This document shows, one piece after another, positions 1 to 9,459 of a stretch of DNA of 64,000 nt; positions within the stretch are counted from its first letter, which is position 1; each line of letters opens with the position of its first letter. The translations under genes were made by a program, and so were the position numbers. The notes beneath the pieces are model-generated. The model saw only the letters and a list, made by a program, of their open reading frames with translations, was not told where the DNA came from and searched no databases. Origin of the DNA: Spirochaetia bacterium (lineage in GTDB: Bacteria > Spirochaetota > Spirochaetia > SZUA-6 > Bin103); assembly GCA_965203515.1 (NCBI GenBank), contig OZ241907.1, forward strand, positions 864,001-928,000. Reading direction: 5' to 3'.

Positions 1-88
1 CGGGTCCCGTGATTCGAGCGCTTCGGATGACGAAAGCCGCCTCGGTACACCGAGCGAGCAAGATCGACGTGTTCCAGACGCGCAGGCC

Positions 89-427
89 ATGGGGGCCGAA
101 TTGTCCGCCATGATTACAAACATCGGCTCGTCCGGCCCTATGCATCACCCGATATTCGGGAAGTTCGAGTCTGAACACGTCACGATGTTTCTCGAACACG
201 CCCATAAGAGTGACGAAAGTGCATCAAAGTATCGCAGTAGCAATCGGTGGTTCCGACTTGGATACGTTGGGATCGTTGTCGTCTTTTTCGTCTTTCTTAC
301 AGTGTTCCTACTACCTGACCAATCAGTCGTGTACTTCGATATCCTCAAAGGCTTAGCACTATTCCTCGGCGGTGCCGGCGGCGGTTACGGCCTCAGAATG
401 TTTCAAGACCGAAGTCGAGCACGGTAG
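89..427 (+). CDS. Hypothetical membrane protein (two C-terminal hydrophobic segments); true start may lie upstream
   Basis: ORF with hydrophobic stretches YVGIVVVFFVFLTVFLL and GLALFLGGAGGGYG; visibly lower GC than its neighbours. Confidence 0.5.
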   Translation: MGAELSAMITNIGSSGPMHHPIFGKFESEHVTMFLEHAHKSDESASKYRSSNRWFRLGYVGIVVVFFVFLTVFLLPDQSVVYFDILKGLALFLGGAGGGYGLRMFQDRSRAR

Positions 428-537
428 GTCGGTCGTCACCCTCACGGGACCGCGCCAGCCGGGGAGCGGGATCGTGGGGCACGTCAAGGACGTGGTGGCA
501 CCGGTCCTCGACGGCGAGGCCGCCGGAGCTGGTAACC

Positions 538-942
538 GTGAGCATCGCCATCTCGGCCAGCGACGCCGTGAACGGCTGCATCCACGTGATTCCCGGCAGT
601 CACCGATGGCCGGTCGGCGAGTGGGGCGCCATCGCCCGCGGCGACGACGCTGCGCAGACCGACCGCGACGACGTCGATCTGTCGCGGCTCCGCGACGTGC
701 CCCTGGAGGCCGGCAGCGCCGTGCTGTTCCACAGCAACATCGTGCACGGCTCCGGTCCGAACCGCTCCGACCGGCCGCGCCACACGGCGCTGTATGCCTA
801 CTTCCCGCCGACGGCGCGCTACGCGCCGGGCAGCGGTGGTCCGCCGGCCCGGATCTGTCCGGTCGTCGCCGGCCTGAACGGCCGCGCCAGCATCACCCTC
901 GGCATCGGTCAGAGCGCCAGGAGCGTCATCCAGCGGCGGTAG
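538..942 (+). pseudogene. C-terminal half of a phytanoyl-CoA dioxygenase (PhyH) family protein
   Basis: NGCIHVIPGSH and GSAVLFHSNIVHGSGPNRSDRPR motifs; N-terminal half with an intact HxD is not evident. Confidence 0.6.
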
Positions 943-975
943 CTGGCCGTCCGGACCTCCTCCCGTCCTGACGAC

Positions 976-1683
976 CTATATGTCGTTCTTACCCCGCTCG
1001 CGGAGTATCGCCTCAAGTTCGGCGATGCGCGCTTCCGCTTGGCGGCGGGCGGCGGCTTCCAATTGCCGTTCCTCCTCTACTTCGTCCGAAGACAGCAGAT
1101 AGCTCCGCGTCGCCGGATCGTAGAACCGCAGCCTCTCCGCCTCCAGCCGCACTTCCAGCCCCAGCACCTTGCTCACCAGCCGCAGCGTTCCGTCCGCCAA
1201 CTTCTCCTCCGGCAGCCGCTCGTACCGTTCCCCGATCAGTTCCAGCCCCTGCAACGGCGGCTCCAGATAGTCCGCCGTCGGGTCGTACTGCCAGTACTCC
1301 CGCACTCCCAACCGCCGGTACGTCTCTCGCTTCGGTCCCTGATCCCGGTCCCTGGTGCTTGCCGAGGTGATCTCCAGTACGAAGTCAGGCCCCTTCGGCT
1401 CCTTCCACAACAGGTAGGAGTGGCGCGGGCGATTCGGCGCGCCGAGCACCACGAACACGTCCGGCGCTACCGACTCCCTGGTTCCCTCGCGGTAGTAGAT
1501 CAGCAGGTCGGCCGCCACGAACACGTCATCACGATCGGCATAGCGCCGCCGCAGCGCGTCGAAGGCGTAGACCAGGGGAATGAGTTGAAAATAGCTTTCC
1601 GCCAATGGCTCACCGTCCGAACTGGGGTAATCGATCTCGACCGGAGCAACCGGAGCGAGTGCCGTGCCTGCCACGTATGCCAT
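976..1683 (-). CDS. Uma2 family (PD-(D/E)xK) endonuclease
   Basis: YPSSDGEPLAE, APDVFVV, PDFVLEITS, LGVREYWQYDP motifs; GGAGG RBS before ATG 1683. Confidence 0.9.
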   Translation of the reverse strand: MAYVAGTALAPVAPVEIDYPSSDGEPLAESYFQLIPLVYAFDALRRRYADRDDVFVAADLLIYYREGTRESVAPDVFVVLGAPNRPRHSYLLWKEPKGPDFVLEITSASTRDRDQGPKRETYRRLGVREYWQYDPTADYLEPPLQGLELIGERYERLPEEKLADGTLRLVSKVLGLEVRLEAERLRFYDPATRSYLLSSDEVEEERQLEAAARRQAEARIAELEAILRERGKNDI

Positions 1684-1930
1684 CCGTGATCCTCCGCCGC
1701 CCACCATACGCCGAACGCGCCGGGTACCGCTACCGCGGCCGCCGGAACCGGGTTGATGAACAGGCGCCAGACGGCGCGGGCCGACCCTGAGCGGCCGGGA
1801 GGGACGATGAACAACCGATCTGCGCCATGTCCATTCCCCGGCCGCCTGCAACTCGATGTCGGTCACCGAAACGGGCGCGAGCCCGGGAGCGTCATCCACC
1901 GGCGATACCACCTCTCCGGTACCTTCCGGC

Positions 1931-2062
1931 CTATGGACATATGTCTCGGAAGCTACGAAGTTTCAGGCGGAATCGGTGCCGGGCAGCCCAAGCGCACTTG
2001 ATGTTGTCCGCCTCGTCGAAATCGAGTAACCCTTCGCCGATCATGGAGACCATCAGGTCCTG
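1931..2062 (-). pseudogene. C-terminal gene remnant (QDLMVSMIGEGLLDFDEADNIKCAWAARHRFRLKLRSFRDICP*), possibly PIN-like
   Basis: Protein-like minus-strand frame ending at TAG 1931; family recalled from memory only. Confidence 0.3.
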
Positions 2063-2115
2063 GGATGCACAGACCGATCATCGAACACCAACGACGAAGC
2101 ACCGCGGGGCGACCG

Positions 2116-2155
2116 CAGGTCACAGCGCTCTACCTGCGCGTCCGCCATCGACGGC
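2116..2155 (+). repeat. 40-bp direct copy (2 mismatches) of 3527-3566, inside the methyltransferase gene
   Basis: caggtcacagcgctc(t/g)acc(t/g)gcgcgtccgccatcgacggc at both sites. Confidence 0.85.
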
Positions 2156-2162
2156 CCGGGAC

Positions 2163-3038
2163 CTATATATTCTCGGAGTCGGGCCTGCGGCGTAGTAATG
2201 TCTCGAGTTCGGCCAAACGCGCTTCGGCCGCCTGGCGGGCGGCCACTTCCTGTTGGACGCGGGTTTCTGCGGCCTGACGGGCGGCCGCCTCCTGGCGGCG
2301 GGCGGCCGCTTCCTGCTCAACGCGAGCCTCCGCCTCCCGGCGTCGGTCTTCGGCCTTCCGGCGTTGACCTTCCGCCTCCCGGCGTCGGTCTTCGGCCTTC
2401 CGGCGTTGACCTTCCGCCTCTATGAGTCTGTCTCCGGTCTCCGCCAAGTCCGGCAGGTCCTCTCCGCTCTGCGGATCGTGGAACCGCAGCCGCCGGCCGG
2501 CCAACCGCACCTCCAGTCCCAGCACCTCGCTCCGCAGCGCCAGGGTCCCGTCCGCCATCTCCCGCTCCGGCAGCCGCTCGTACGCTCCTTCCACCAACTC
2601 CGACCCCTGCAGCGGCGGCTCCAGGTAGTCCCGCGTCGGATCGTACTGCCAGTACTCCCGCACCCCCAGCCGGCGATACAACTCCCGCTTCTTCCTCTGG
2701 TCTTCCCGCCACGTCGCTCGCGACGTGATCTCCAGCACGAAGTCGGGTCCCTGCCCCTCCTCCCAGAGCCGGTACGACGAGCGTTCGACGTTGCGCACGC
2801 CGAACACCACGAAGACGTCCGGCGCCACCCTCGCGCGCGGATTCCCTTCCTCGTAGTAGATCAGCAGGTTGCCGGAGGCGTACACGTCGGCGTGGTTGCG
2901 GAAGTGGTAGCGGAGCCGGTCGACGGCGTACGTCAGGGGAATCCGTTGGGAATCGCTTTCGGCCATCGGCTTGCCGTCGGAGCTGGGGTACTCTACCGCT
3001 GCCGGCGCCGCCAGCGGAGCGCTGAGTGAAGTTGCCAT
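2163..3038 (-). CDS. Uma2 family endonuclease with long coiled-coil tail
   Basis: YPSSDGKPMAESD, APDVFVV, LEITS, EYWQYDP; RBS GGAGGT; ATG 3038. Confidence 0.9.
   Translation of the reverse strand: MATSLSAPLAAPAAVEYPSSDGKPMAESDSQRIPLTYAVDRLRYHFRNHADVYASGNLLIYYEEGNPRARVAPDVFVVFGVRNVERSSYRLWEEGQGPDFVLEITSRATWREDQRKKRELYRRLGVREYWQYDPTRDYLEPPLQGSELVEGAYERLPEREMADGTLALRSEVLGLEVRLAGRRLRFHDPQSGEDLPDLAETGDRLIEAEGQRRKAEDRRREAEGQRRKAEDRRREAEARVEQEAAARRQEAAARQAAETRVQQEVAARQAAEARLAELETLLRRRPDSENI
2329..2420 (-). repeat. 42-bp in-frame tandem repeat x2 (EAEGQRRKAEDRRR)
   Basis: Exact 42-nt duplication visible in the sequence. Confidence 0.9.
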
Positions 3039-3110
3039 TCGACCATACCTCCGGACGCCGGCCAGCATAGCACGCCGCGCGGCGGACGGACCCACTATCC
3101 AAATCGACCG

Positions 3111-3280
3111 TTACCGATCGACTGTGAGCAGGATGGCGGCGATGCGGCGGGCGGTGTCGGTGAAGTGCTGGACTTCGTCGGGGAGGAGGGGGCGGTCGAG
3201 GATGGCGCGCTCGCGGTAGGAGAGCCATCCGTGAAGTAGTCCTCGACGGCGGCGACGAGCCGCTTCGTCCTGGTCTCCAT
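3111..3280 (-). pseudogene. Collapsed remnant of a type ISP/IIG-like restriction-modification gene (first ~18 codons joined out of frame to last ~38 codons)
   Basis: METRTKRLVAAVEDYFTD followed in another frame by WLSYRERAILDRPLLPDEVQHFTDTARRIAAILL, which resembles type ISP C-termini. Confidence 0.55.
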
Positions 3281-3955
3281 CTACGAGGCGGAACAGGTCG
3301 TCGAGGAGGTCGAACTTCCGGTACCGGAAGCTGCCAGGTCGGCGACCGCCGTTCGGTAGTCATTGCGGACCCGTTCCAGGGTCGCGGTCGGATCGCCGCC
3401 CGGCTGCCGCAGAGGCTGGAGCGCGGCGATGGCGGCGGCGCGGAACGTCCTCTTCAGGGCGTCGTCGATGCACAGACACCCCGGCCGCAGGCGCGCCGGG
3501 TCGACGACCGGCCCGTCGACGAATATCAGGTCACAGCGCTCGACCGGCGCGTCCGCCATCGACGGCACGATCGTGATCCGGTCGGCCGCGCCGGCGTCCC
3601 GGAACGTGCGCTCGGCGATCCGGCGGTGACCGGCGTCGCGCTCGACCGTAAACAGCCGCGCGTGCGGGAACGCCTCGGCGATCAGCACGGTCGAGTAGCC
3701 GATGCCGGTGCCGGTCTCCAGGATCGCCTCCGGCCGGCTCGGCATCTGTTCGGCCAGCACAGCCCAGAGCGGCGCACGGGACGGCGGGCTGGGATACGCC
3801 TCGCATTCGGGGCCGTGCTGCAGGCGATGGGCGTGCGTCTGCAGGTAGAGGTCCCAGTGCAGGTCGATCGCCGTGCCGAACGCCGCCTGCACCAGCGGAT
3901 CGAGCCACGGATAGTAGGAGTCGGCGTTCCACCAGTCGGCGCGCATCGTGATCAT
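3281..3955 (-). CDS. Class I SAM-dependent (O-)methyltransferase
   Basis: ILETGTGIGYST, TVERD, DLIFVDG; ATGA overlap with upstream gene. Confidence 0.75.
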   Translation of the reverse strand: MITMRADWWNADSYYPWLDPLVQAAFGTAIDLHWDLYLQTHAHRLQHGPECEAYPSPPSRAPLWAVLAEQMPSRPEAILETGTGIGYSTVLIAEAFPHARLFTVERDAGHRRIAERTFRDAGAADRITIVPSMADAPVERCDLIFVDGPVVDPARLRPGCLCIDDALKRTFRAAAIAALQPLRQPGGDPTATLERVRNDYRTAVADLAASGTGSSTSSTTCSAS

Positions 3956-5988
3956 CGGCACACCAGCATGCCGTGGCCGTCGCGCAGAGTGACCCGCACC
4001 GCGGCGTAGCCGTCGCGGTACTCGTGATCGAGCCGTGCGCCGTGCGGGGCGAGCTCGACGCGGTCCGGCGGGCGGTCCGTGCGGATCGAGATCGGCACGT
4101 CCAGCAGCGGCAGGGCGTCCTCGACTACGTCGAGCCCGGCGCCGCCGCTCCCTTCGGTGCGCCGTTCGCGGACGAAGCTCAGCAGATGGACGATGGTGGC
4201 GGCGCCCTTCCGCATCACCGTGGTCTCCAACGCGCTCGGCGCCTCCGGCGCGCGCACCAGCGGGCGCGGCAGCAGCAGACCCAGACAGTTGCCGATCAGC
4301 CGCCGGTGCTCCGGGACCGCGTGGCGTCCGTAGGCCGCGAACAGCGGCGCCGAGCCGGTGATCACCGCACCGCCGCCGTCCGGGCGGTTGAGCACGATCG
4401 CGGAGTAGCGCGACAGCCGGTCCGGCGGCGTGTAGGAGTGCCCGGAGAACCGGTCGTGCGACCGCTCGAAGTACGGCTCGACCACACGCGCCAGCGACCG
4501 CGCGCCGGCGGCCGGGGTCATGCGGAAGCCGGATTCGTACAGGGCGTGGTCGAAGCGGGCCAACCCGTCCGCGACGGCGCGCGCCGGCCGCAGGAACGTG
4601 GTGCCGTAGGGGCTCGGCCCGTGCGCCTCGATCCCCTGCTCGGCGAGCAGCGGCGTACCGTCCGGGGCGAGCGCCGCCGATCCGCAGAGCATCAGGGAGC
4701 CGCCGCCGGCCACGTAGCCGCGCAGCGCCGCTTGCAACGCGGCGTCGACCGGCGTGTTGGACAGCACCACGACTACCGGGTAGCGGTCCAGGCGCGCCGT
4801 CGGCGGCACGACGTCGAACTGCAGCCGGAGTTGCTGCAGCGCGCGCGTGGCGCCGATCCCCGCCGCGCCCGGCCGGTCGCCCAGCTCCGGGTCGACCACC
4901 ACGGCGATCTCGCTCTGCAGCCGGCCGCCGGCGGCGATCGCCTGGCACCGCTCGACGTAGCGGTAGACGCGCCCGATCAGTTCGTAGACGGCAGCGTCCG
5001 GGACGCCGCGCGGGTGGAGCAGGTCGCCCACGCCCAGGGTCATCCCCTGGCTCAGGATCTGGCAGCACTCGTACTTGAGCGCCGCGTGCGGCTTGAGCCC
5101 GGCGTTGTCCCCCCAGCTCTTGAAGAAGCGGCCGGTGTGGCTGAGCGTCGGCAGGCCGAGCGGCCGTACGAAGCGGGCGACGTACGGAAAGTAGGCGTAG
5201 CCCCAACCGCCGGTCGGCAGCGCTTCGATCTCGACGTGGCGCAGGAACCGCTTCTCCGCGTGCAGGTTGGTCTTGGGCCGCGAATTGAACCAGATGCCCA
5301 GGTGGTCGCGGCCTGCCGCCGCCTCCACCATGGCCGAAAACCGCCGCATGTAGTCGAGCGCCACGGCGCGCGCGTAGCGGTTGCGGTCCTGGACCGAATG
5401 CGGGTCGAGGCGGCGCTTCGCCATGCCGGCCAGCGCCCACTTGGAGACGCTCGGCTGGTCCCAGCACATGTCCAGAAAGATGCCGTCGACCGGTGCGTAG
5501 CGGCGCAGCACCTCGTCCAGCAGCTCGGCCAAGTAGTCCTGGTAGGGGCTCGACATGTCGAGGATCTGCCAGCCGGCGCAGAGCGCCTCCGGCTGCCGGG
5601 GCCCCGGGTCGGCCGGCAGGCGCTTCACCCGCCGGCCGTCGGCATCGACGGCGACCCACTCGGGGTGCTCGCCGGCGGCGTACTCGTTCACCTGCGCCGA
5701 CAGGTAGATCGGCGCGCGGATGCCGCGGCGGTGCAGCGCCTCAATCTGGGCGCCGGTCAGGTCGAGATCGGCCGGCAGGGCGGGGTGGCGGCACGGGTGC
5801 GCGGTGCGGAAGTAGGCGTGTCCGTGGTGGCAGAGGCCGAACACGGTCACGCTGTCGACGCGCGCCTCGGCAAAGCGGTCGGCAAAGGCGTCCGCGTCGA
5901 AGTCGCGCGCCACGTCCGGGACGTGCGGGCCGGTATGGAAGTCGAGATGGATCGTCCGCTGCGGGAATTGCAGGTTGCGGGAAGCCAC
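3952..5988 (-). CDS. Glycoside hydrolase (GHL6/alpha-fucosidase-like TIM barrel + beta-galactosidase trimerisation-like domain)
   Basis: IHLDFHT, VDSVTVFGLCHHG, DGIFLD motifs; 678 aa. Confidence 0.75.
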   Translation of the reverse strand: MASRNLQFPQRTIHLDFHTGPHVPDVARDFDADAFADRFAEARVDSVTVFGLCHHGHAYFRTAHPCRHPALPADLDLTGAQIEALHRRGIRAPIYLSAQVNEYAAGEHPEWVAVDADGRRVKRLPADPGPRQPEALCAGWQILDMSSPYQDYLAELLDEVLRRYAPVDGIFLDMCWDQPSVSKWALAGMAKRRLDPHSVQDRNRYARAVALDYMRRFSAMVEAAAGRDHLGIWFNSRPKTNLHAEKRFLRHVEIEALPTGGWGYAYFPYVARFVRPLGLPTLSHTGRFFKSWGDNAGLKPHAALKYECCQILSQGMTLGVGDLLHPRGVPDAAVYELIGRVYRYVERCQAIAAGGRLQSEIAVVVDPELGDRPGAAGIGATRALQQLRLQFDVVPPTARLDRYPVVVVLSNTPVDAALQAALRGYVAGGGSLMLCGSAALAPDGTPLLAEQGIEAHGPSPYGTTFLRPARAVADGLARFDHALYESGFRMTPAAGARSLARVVEPYFERSHDRFSGHSYTPPDRLSRYSAIVLNRPDGGGAVITGSAPLFAAYGRHAVPEHRRLIGNCLGLLLPRPLVRAPEAPSALETTVMRKGAATIVHLLSFVRERRTEGSGGAGLDVVEDALPLLDVPISIRTDRPPDRVELAPHGARLDHEYRDGYAAVRVTLRDGHGMLVCR

Positions 5989-5998
5989 GGGTATCTCC

Positions 5999-7195
5999 TT
6001 AGGCGGTCGAAGTGAGCCGCCGTTCGAGCGGCGTGCGGAAGCGGGGGACGATCACGGTGCCGGCCAGCCAGCGGCGCAGCCGCTCGGCTTCCTCCTCAAT
6101 CCGGTCGCGCGCCGCCGGGGGGACCGCTTCCAGCAGCTCGACGACCACCCGGCCGTCGGGGCGTTGCGCCCAGCCGCCGACCACCCGTCCGTCCGCCCAG
6201 ACCGTGGGACCGGCGTTGCCGTTGCGGTCGAACAGTCGGTCCTGGTGGCCGCCCAGATACCAGGACCGCTCCTTCCAGCCCATGACCGTGGGATCGAGGG
6301 CCGGCAGCAGCGCCGCCCACGCGGGGGGCGGCGCTGCTGCCGGCTCCAGGTCATCGGCCAGCACGAAGCCGGCGCCGGCGTCGAGCTCGACCTCGACGGC
6401 GCCTGCCGACGCCAGCGCGTCGCGGGTCATGCGCTGCGACCAGCCGGTCCACCAGGCGACGTCTCGCAGGGTTCCCGGTCCGAACGCGGCCAGCCAGCGC
6501 CGCACCAACTCGGCGCGAGCCGCCGCCGGCTCCGGGTCGGGCCGGTCTCCGTCGAGCCACGCGGCGGCGGCTGCCCACCGGTACTGGCTCGAAATCCAGG
6601 TGCCGAGCGGGCGCGCGCGCACGATGCGCGCCTCCGTGGCCAGCAGGAACAGCACCCGCGTGGAGAGGCCCATGGCGCCGGCCCACCGGCGCCCCGCGCC
6701 GAAGGTGAGCTTGGCGGCCAGCTCGGGAACGACCGCGGTCAACTCCTTGGCGGTGGCCTGCCCGCGCTCCCGGAGCGCTGCCAGCGTCCGGGCGGTCACG
6801 TCGGCCAGCCACGGCTCGGGATCGGCGGCGAGGCCCTGCTCGCCGATCATCGTCAGCAGCCGGCGCCGTTCGGCGGCGACCAGCGCGCGCGTGCAGGCGG
6901 CGTCGAGCACGGCGGCCAGATCGCGCGGCACCACGAACATCGTGCGGCGCATCCCCAGCACCCGCACGAGCGACCGTTCCGCGTACAGCGCGTCCTCCAG
7001 GTGCGCGACCTGGAAGCCGCGCACGCGGCTCCGGGCGCTCAGGTAGACGCTGACCGGGTCGCTGGAGTGCAGGCCGACCAGGGCGCCGGCCGCGGCGGTC
7101 ACGTCGGACGCCGGAGCCGCCAGACGATGGCGCGCCGCAAGCCGGGCGCGCCGCTCGGCCGCGTCGATCTTCCGGCGCGCGGCGGGTGGAGCCAT
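5999..7195 (-). CDS. Winged-helix HTH_42 (AlkZ/YcaQ-like) DNA glycosylase family protein
   Basis: GLHSSDP, GMRRTMFVV, RWLAAFGPGT..D..WWTG, LLPALDPTVMGW, DGRVVGGW. Confidence 0.85.
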   Translation of the reverse strand: MAPPAARRKIDAAERRARLAARHRLAAPASDVTAAAGALVGLHSSDPVSVYLSARSRVRGFQVAHLEDALYAERSLVRVLGMRRTMFVVPRDLAAVLDAACTRALVAAERRRLLTMIGEQGLAADPEPWLADVTARTLAALRERGQATAKELTAVVPELAAKLTFGAGRRWAGAMGLSTRVLFLLATEARIVRARPLGTWISSQYRWAAAAAWLDGDRPDPEPAAARAELVRRWLAAFGPGTLRDVAWWTGWSQRMTRDALASAGAVEVELDAGAGFVLADDLEPAAAPPPAWAALLPALDPTVMGWKERSWYLGGHQDRLFDRNGNAGPTVWADGRVVGGWAQRPDGRVVVELLEAVPPAARDRIEEEAERLRRWLAGTVIVPRFRTPLERRLTSTA

Positions 7196-7255
7196 CGCCG
7201 CGCATGGTAGCCTGATCGGCGCGGCGGACGCGGAGCCCCGCAGGTGGCGCCGGCA

Positions 7256-7378
7256 ACCGGAGATGACCGATGTACGTGATGGCACCCGGATGCATGGGGC
7301 GAGGCTCGGTCCCTATGGCGCCGGCTGCTTGTACCGGGCGACGCCGCAGCCGTCGGGAGCGGGGTTGACCACGCCGCG
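7256..7378 (+). pseudogene. Collapsed collinear remnant of glpK (RBS/start plus internal pieces)
   Basis: 7256-7285 matches 13969-13999 (1 indel); 7312-7330 matches 14759-14777 (17/19); 7336-7356 equals 14795-14815. Confidence 0.8.
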
Positions 7379-7446
7379 GCGCTCGGAGCATCAGGGATGG
7401 AGGGTTGACGTCGACCACTTCATCCGGCATGATGCCTTGCGACGTG

Positions 7447-7469
7447 CCCCCCCCCCCCCCCCCCCCCCC
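7447..7469. repeat. Poly-C homopolymer (about 23 nt)
   Basis: Direct read of the sequence. Confidence 0.9.
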
Positions 7470-7757
7470 GGAAGCCGCTAGGTAAGAGATACTCGCGCCT
7501 CACGCGACCGAGCCGATCCGGCTCTAAGGCATCGCTGGCGCTCGCGACGGCCGCCGGCATCGCCATGCTGGCGCACACCGAGGCGGCTCGGCCGCCCGCT
7601 GCTACGCCCGCCGACGCCGGCTCGGGCCGGTGGACCGGAGGCAGCGGCGCGCCGACGCCAACGCCCCGCAGGACGGCGAAGGTTTGGACGATCAGCGCGT
7701 CTCACTTTGGCGATGATACCAACCTGTTGAGCCAGACTATAATAGACGAGGTATAAC

Positions 7758-8156
7758 ATGTTCCTGAATCGACTTGACCCGGACGAAAAGAGCGCGTTTC
7801 TGGCACTTGCGCACCATGTCGCCCGAGCCGATGCCGAATTCTCCTCGGAGGAGCTAACCGTCATCGCCAGGTATTGCATGGAAATGCAGGTCGACGACAT
7901 CGACTATGACGAAGATCAGTTCGACATTGACCAGATTATAGGTCGATTCCAAAGCGACAGCCACCGCAACATCGTGCTGCTCGAGTTGACGGCTTTGATC
8001 TATGCGGACGAGCGGCTCGCTGCCGAGGAGCAGCAGCTCTTGGACAAACTCGTCGAGCGCTTCGACATGAATCCGTATCTGTCCACCATCTTCAAGGAGT
8101 GGGCGAAGAGCGTCCTGTCTCTGTATACTCAAGGGGAGGCGTTGATTCACCTGTGA
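7758..8156 (+). CDS. TerB-like (tellurite resistance B fold) protein
   Basis: Paired motifs ARADAEFSSEE and IYADERLAAEE; acidic; GAGG RBS. Confidence 0.8.
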   Translation: MFLNRLDPDEKSAFLALAHHVARADAEFSSEELTVIARYCMEMQVDDIDYDEDQFDIDQIIGRFQSDSHRNIVLLELTALIYADERLAAEEQQLLDKLVERFDMNPYLSTIFKEWAKSVLSLYTQGEALIHL

Positions 8157-8196
8157 TCCCGGATTTCCGGCTCAACTCAGAGGAGCGAGGACGTCA

Positions 8197-9021
8197 ATGC
8201 ATAAGCTCGATATAGAGAGGTTCTATCGCGCCATCCCCGCGTCCGGGCGGAACATACGGCGCCTCAACAGATTATACACGAACCTCGACGAATCGTTGCG
8301 CATAGCCGTCTTGGGCAAGTACAACCACGGCAAGAGCACGTTTCTCAATGCGCTCGTGCGCAACGAAGTTTTCCGCGTCGCAGACAAGCGCGAGACCACC
8401 GAGATAGCCGAACATGAGCACGACGGCGTGGTCTATATCGATACCCCCGGCCTTGACGGCGACCCTGACGAAAGTGACGATCGGAAAGCCTGGAGGACGG
8501 CATTCCAATCGGCGGACTTCCTGTTCCTGGTCCATCAAGCGCAGGCTGGAGAGCTCGATCGATACGAGATCAATGCATTTCTGCAGCTCGCACGACAAGA
8601 TGGGAACTACAGCAAGAAGATGCATCTCGTGCTGACTCAGATCGACCAATGCGAGCCGGATGAAGTCCGTACGGTCGAACGTACGGTCCGCGGGCAGTTG
8701 ATACGTGCTTTCGACTTGCGAGAGCTTTCGATAACGCCGGTGTCCGCCACTCGACACCGGAAAGGCGTCAATGACAGGAACTCGAAATTGCGCGAGATGA
8801 GCGGAATGGCGCCGATCTTCGCCACCGTCAAGCGGATCAAGTCGGAGGTCCCGTCACTCCGCAGACGCGAGGTGCGTCGATTGACGGACAAGATACTGCT
8901 TGACCTGGGCGACGCGCTAACGGGGATCAATAAGAAGTCACAGCAGGCGAAGCGAAGTCTGACATCGGACGCTCGGCGCATTGTCGAAAATCTGAGAGCC
9001 TATACGTCATGTATAGGATAA
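8197..9021 (+). CDS. Short dynamin-like/Era-type GTPase (LeoBC-like)
   Basis: G1 GKYNHGKS, G2 RETT, G3 DTPG, G4-like TQID. Confidence 0.85.
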   Translation: MHKLDIERFYRAIPASGRNIRRLNRLYTNLDESLRIAVLGKYNHGKSTFLNALVRNEVFRVADKRETTEIAEHEHDGVVYIDTPGLDGDPDESDDRKAWRTAFQSADFLFLVHQAQAGELDRYEINAFLQLARQDGNYSKKMHLVLTQIDQCEPDEVRTVERTVRGQLIRAFDLRELSITPVSATRHRKGVNDRNSKLREMSGMAPIFATVKRIKSEVPSLRRREVRRLTDKILLDLGDALTGINKKSQQAKRSLTSDARRIVENLRAYTSCIG

Positions 9022-9048
9022 TATATCTAGCACAAAGGGGTACGGATC

Positions 9049-9459
9049 GTGATAGTGCCGATTTGGGTCGGTATCGGTGCAGCCGTCAGTGCAGCCGCAG
9101 CCGCCAGTGCAGCCGCAGCCGCAGCCGCAGCCGCTAAGAAGCGCAATGAAGAGAAAGTCAAGCGCGCTGCAGCCGCTGCGACACAGCAAGCGAAACGAGC
9201 TGACGCACAGGAACGTCAGCGGCGACAGCAAGCACAGGTAGACCGTCTTGTGAGCCATTACGGGCTACCGATAAGCGCCAAGTCGGAGCTCGCCACGTGG
9301 GCCGCAGCCGGCGAAGCCGGAATCAAGCGGATCGAACGCGCGCTCGTGGCCGGGACTTCGGATACAGCGAAGAAGCTGCGCAATCATGACAAACACCGCC
9401 ACGAGCTGCTGGCACTGCGAGATGAGGTATGCAGGGTAAGCATGAGGGCAGGCGAATGA
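9049..9459 (+). CDS. Hypothetical protein: N-terminal hydrophobic/poly-Ala anchor plus charged helix
   Basis: Fills the operon gap; its TGA overlaps the next ATG (ATGA). Confidence 0.6.
   Translation: MIVPIWVGIGAAVSAAAAASAAAAAAAAAKKRNEEKVKRAAAAATQQAKRADAQERQRRQQAQVDRLVSHYGLPISAKSELATWAAAGEAGIKRIERALVAGTSDTAKKLRNHDKHRHELLALRDEVCRVSMRAGE

Noticed and set aside
973..981. Recurrent TAGGTC after stops of accessory genes (427, 976, 2163, 57771) as an integron-like site
   Set aside because: Mostly explained by Uma2 paralogy; no attC structure or integrase
7738..7743. TATAAT upstream of terB as promoter
   Set aside because: No convincing -35 and too close to the RBS to call
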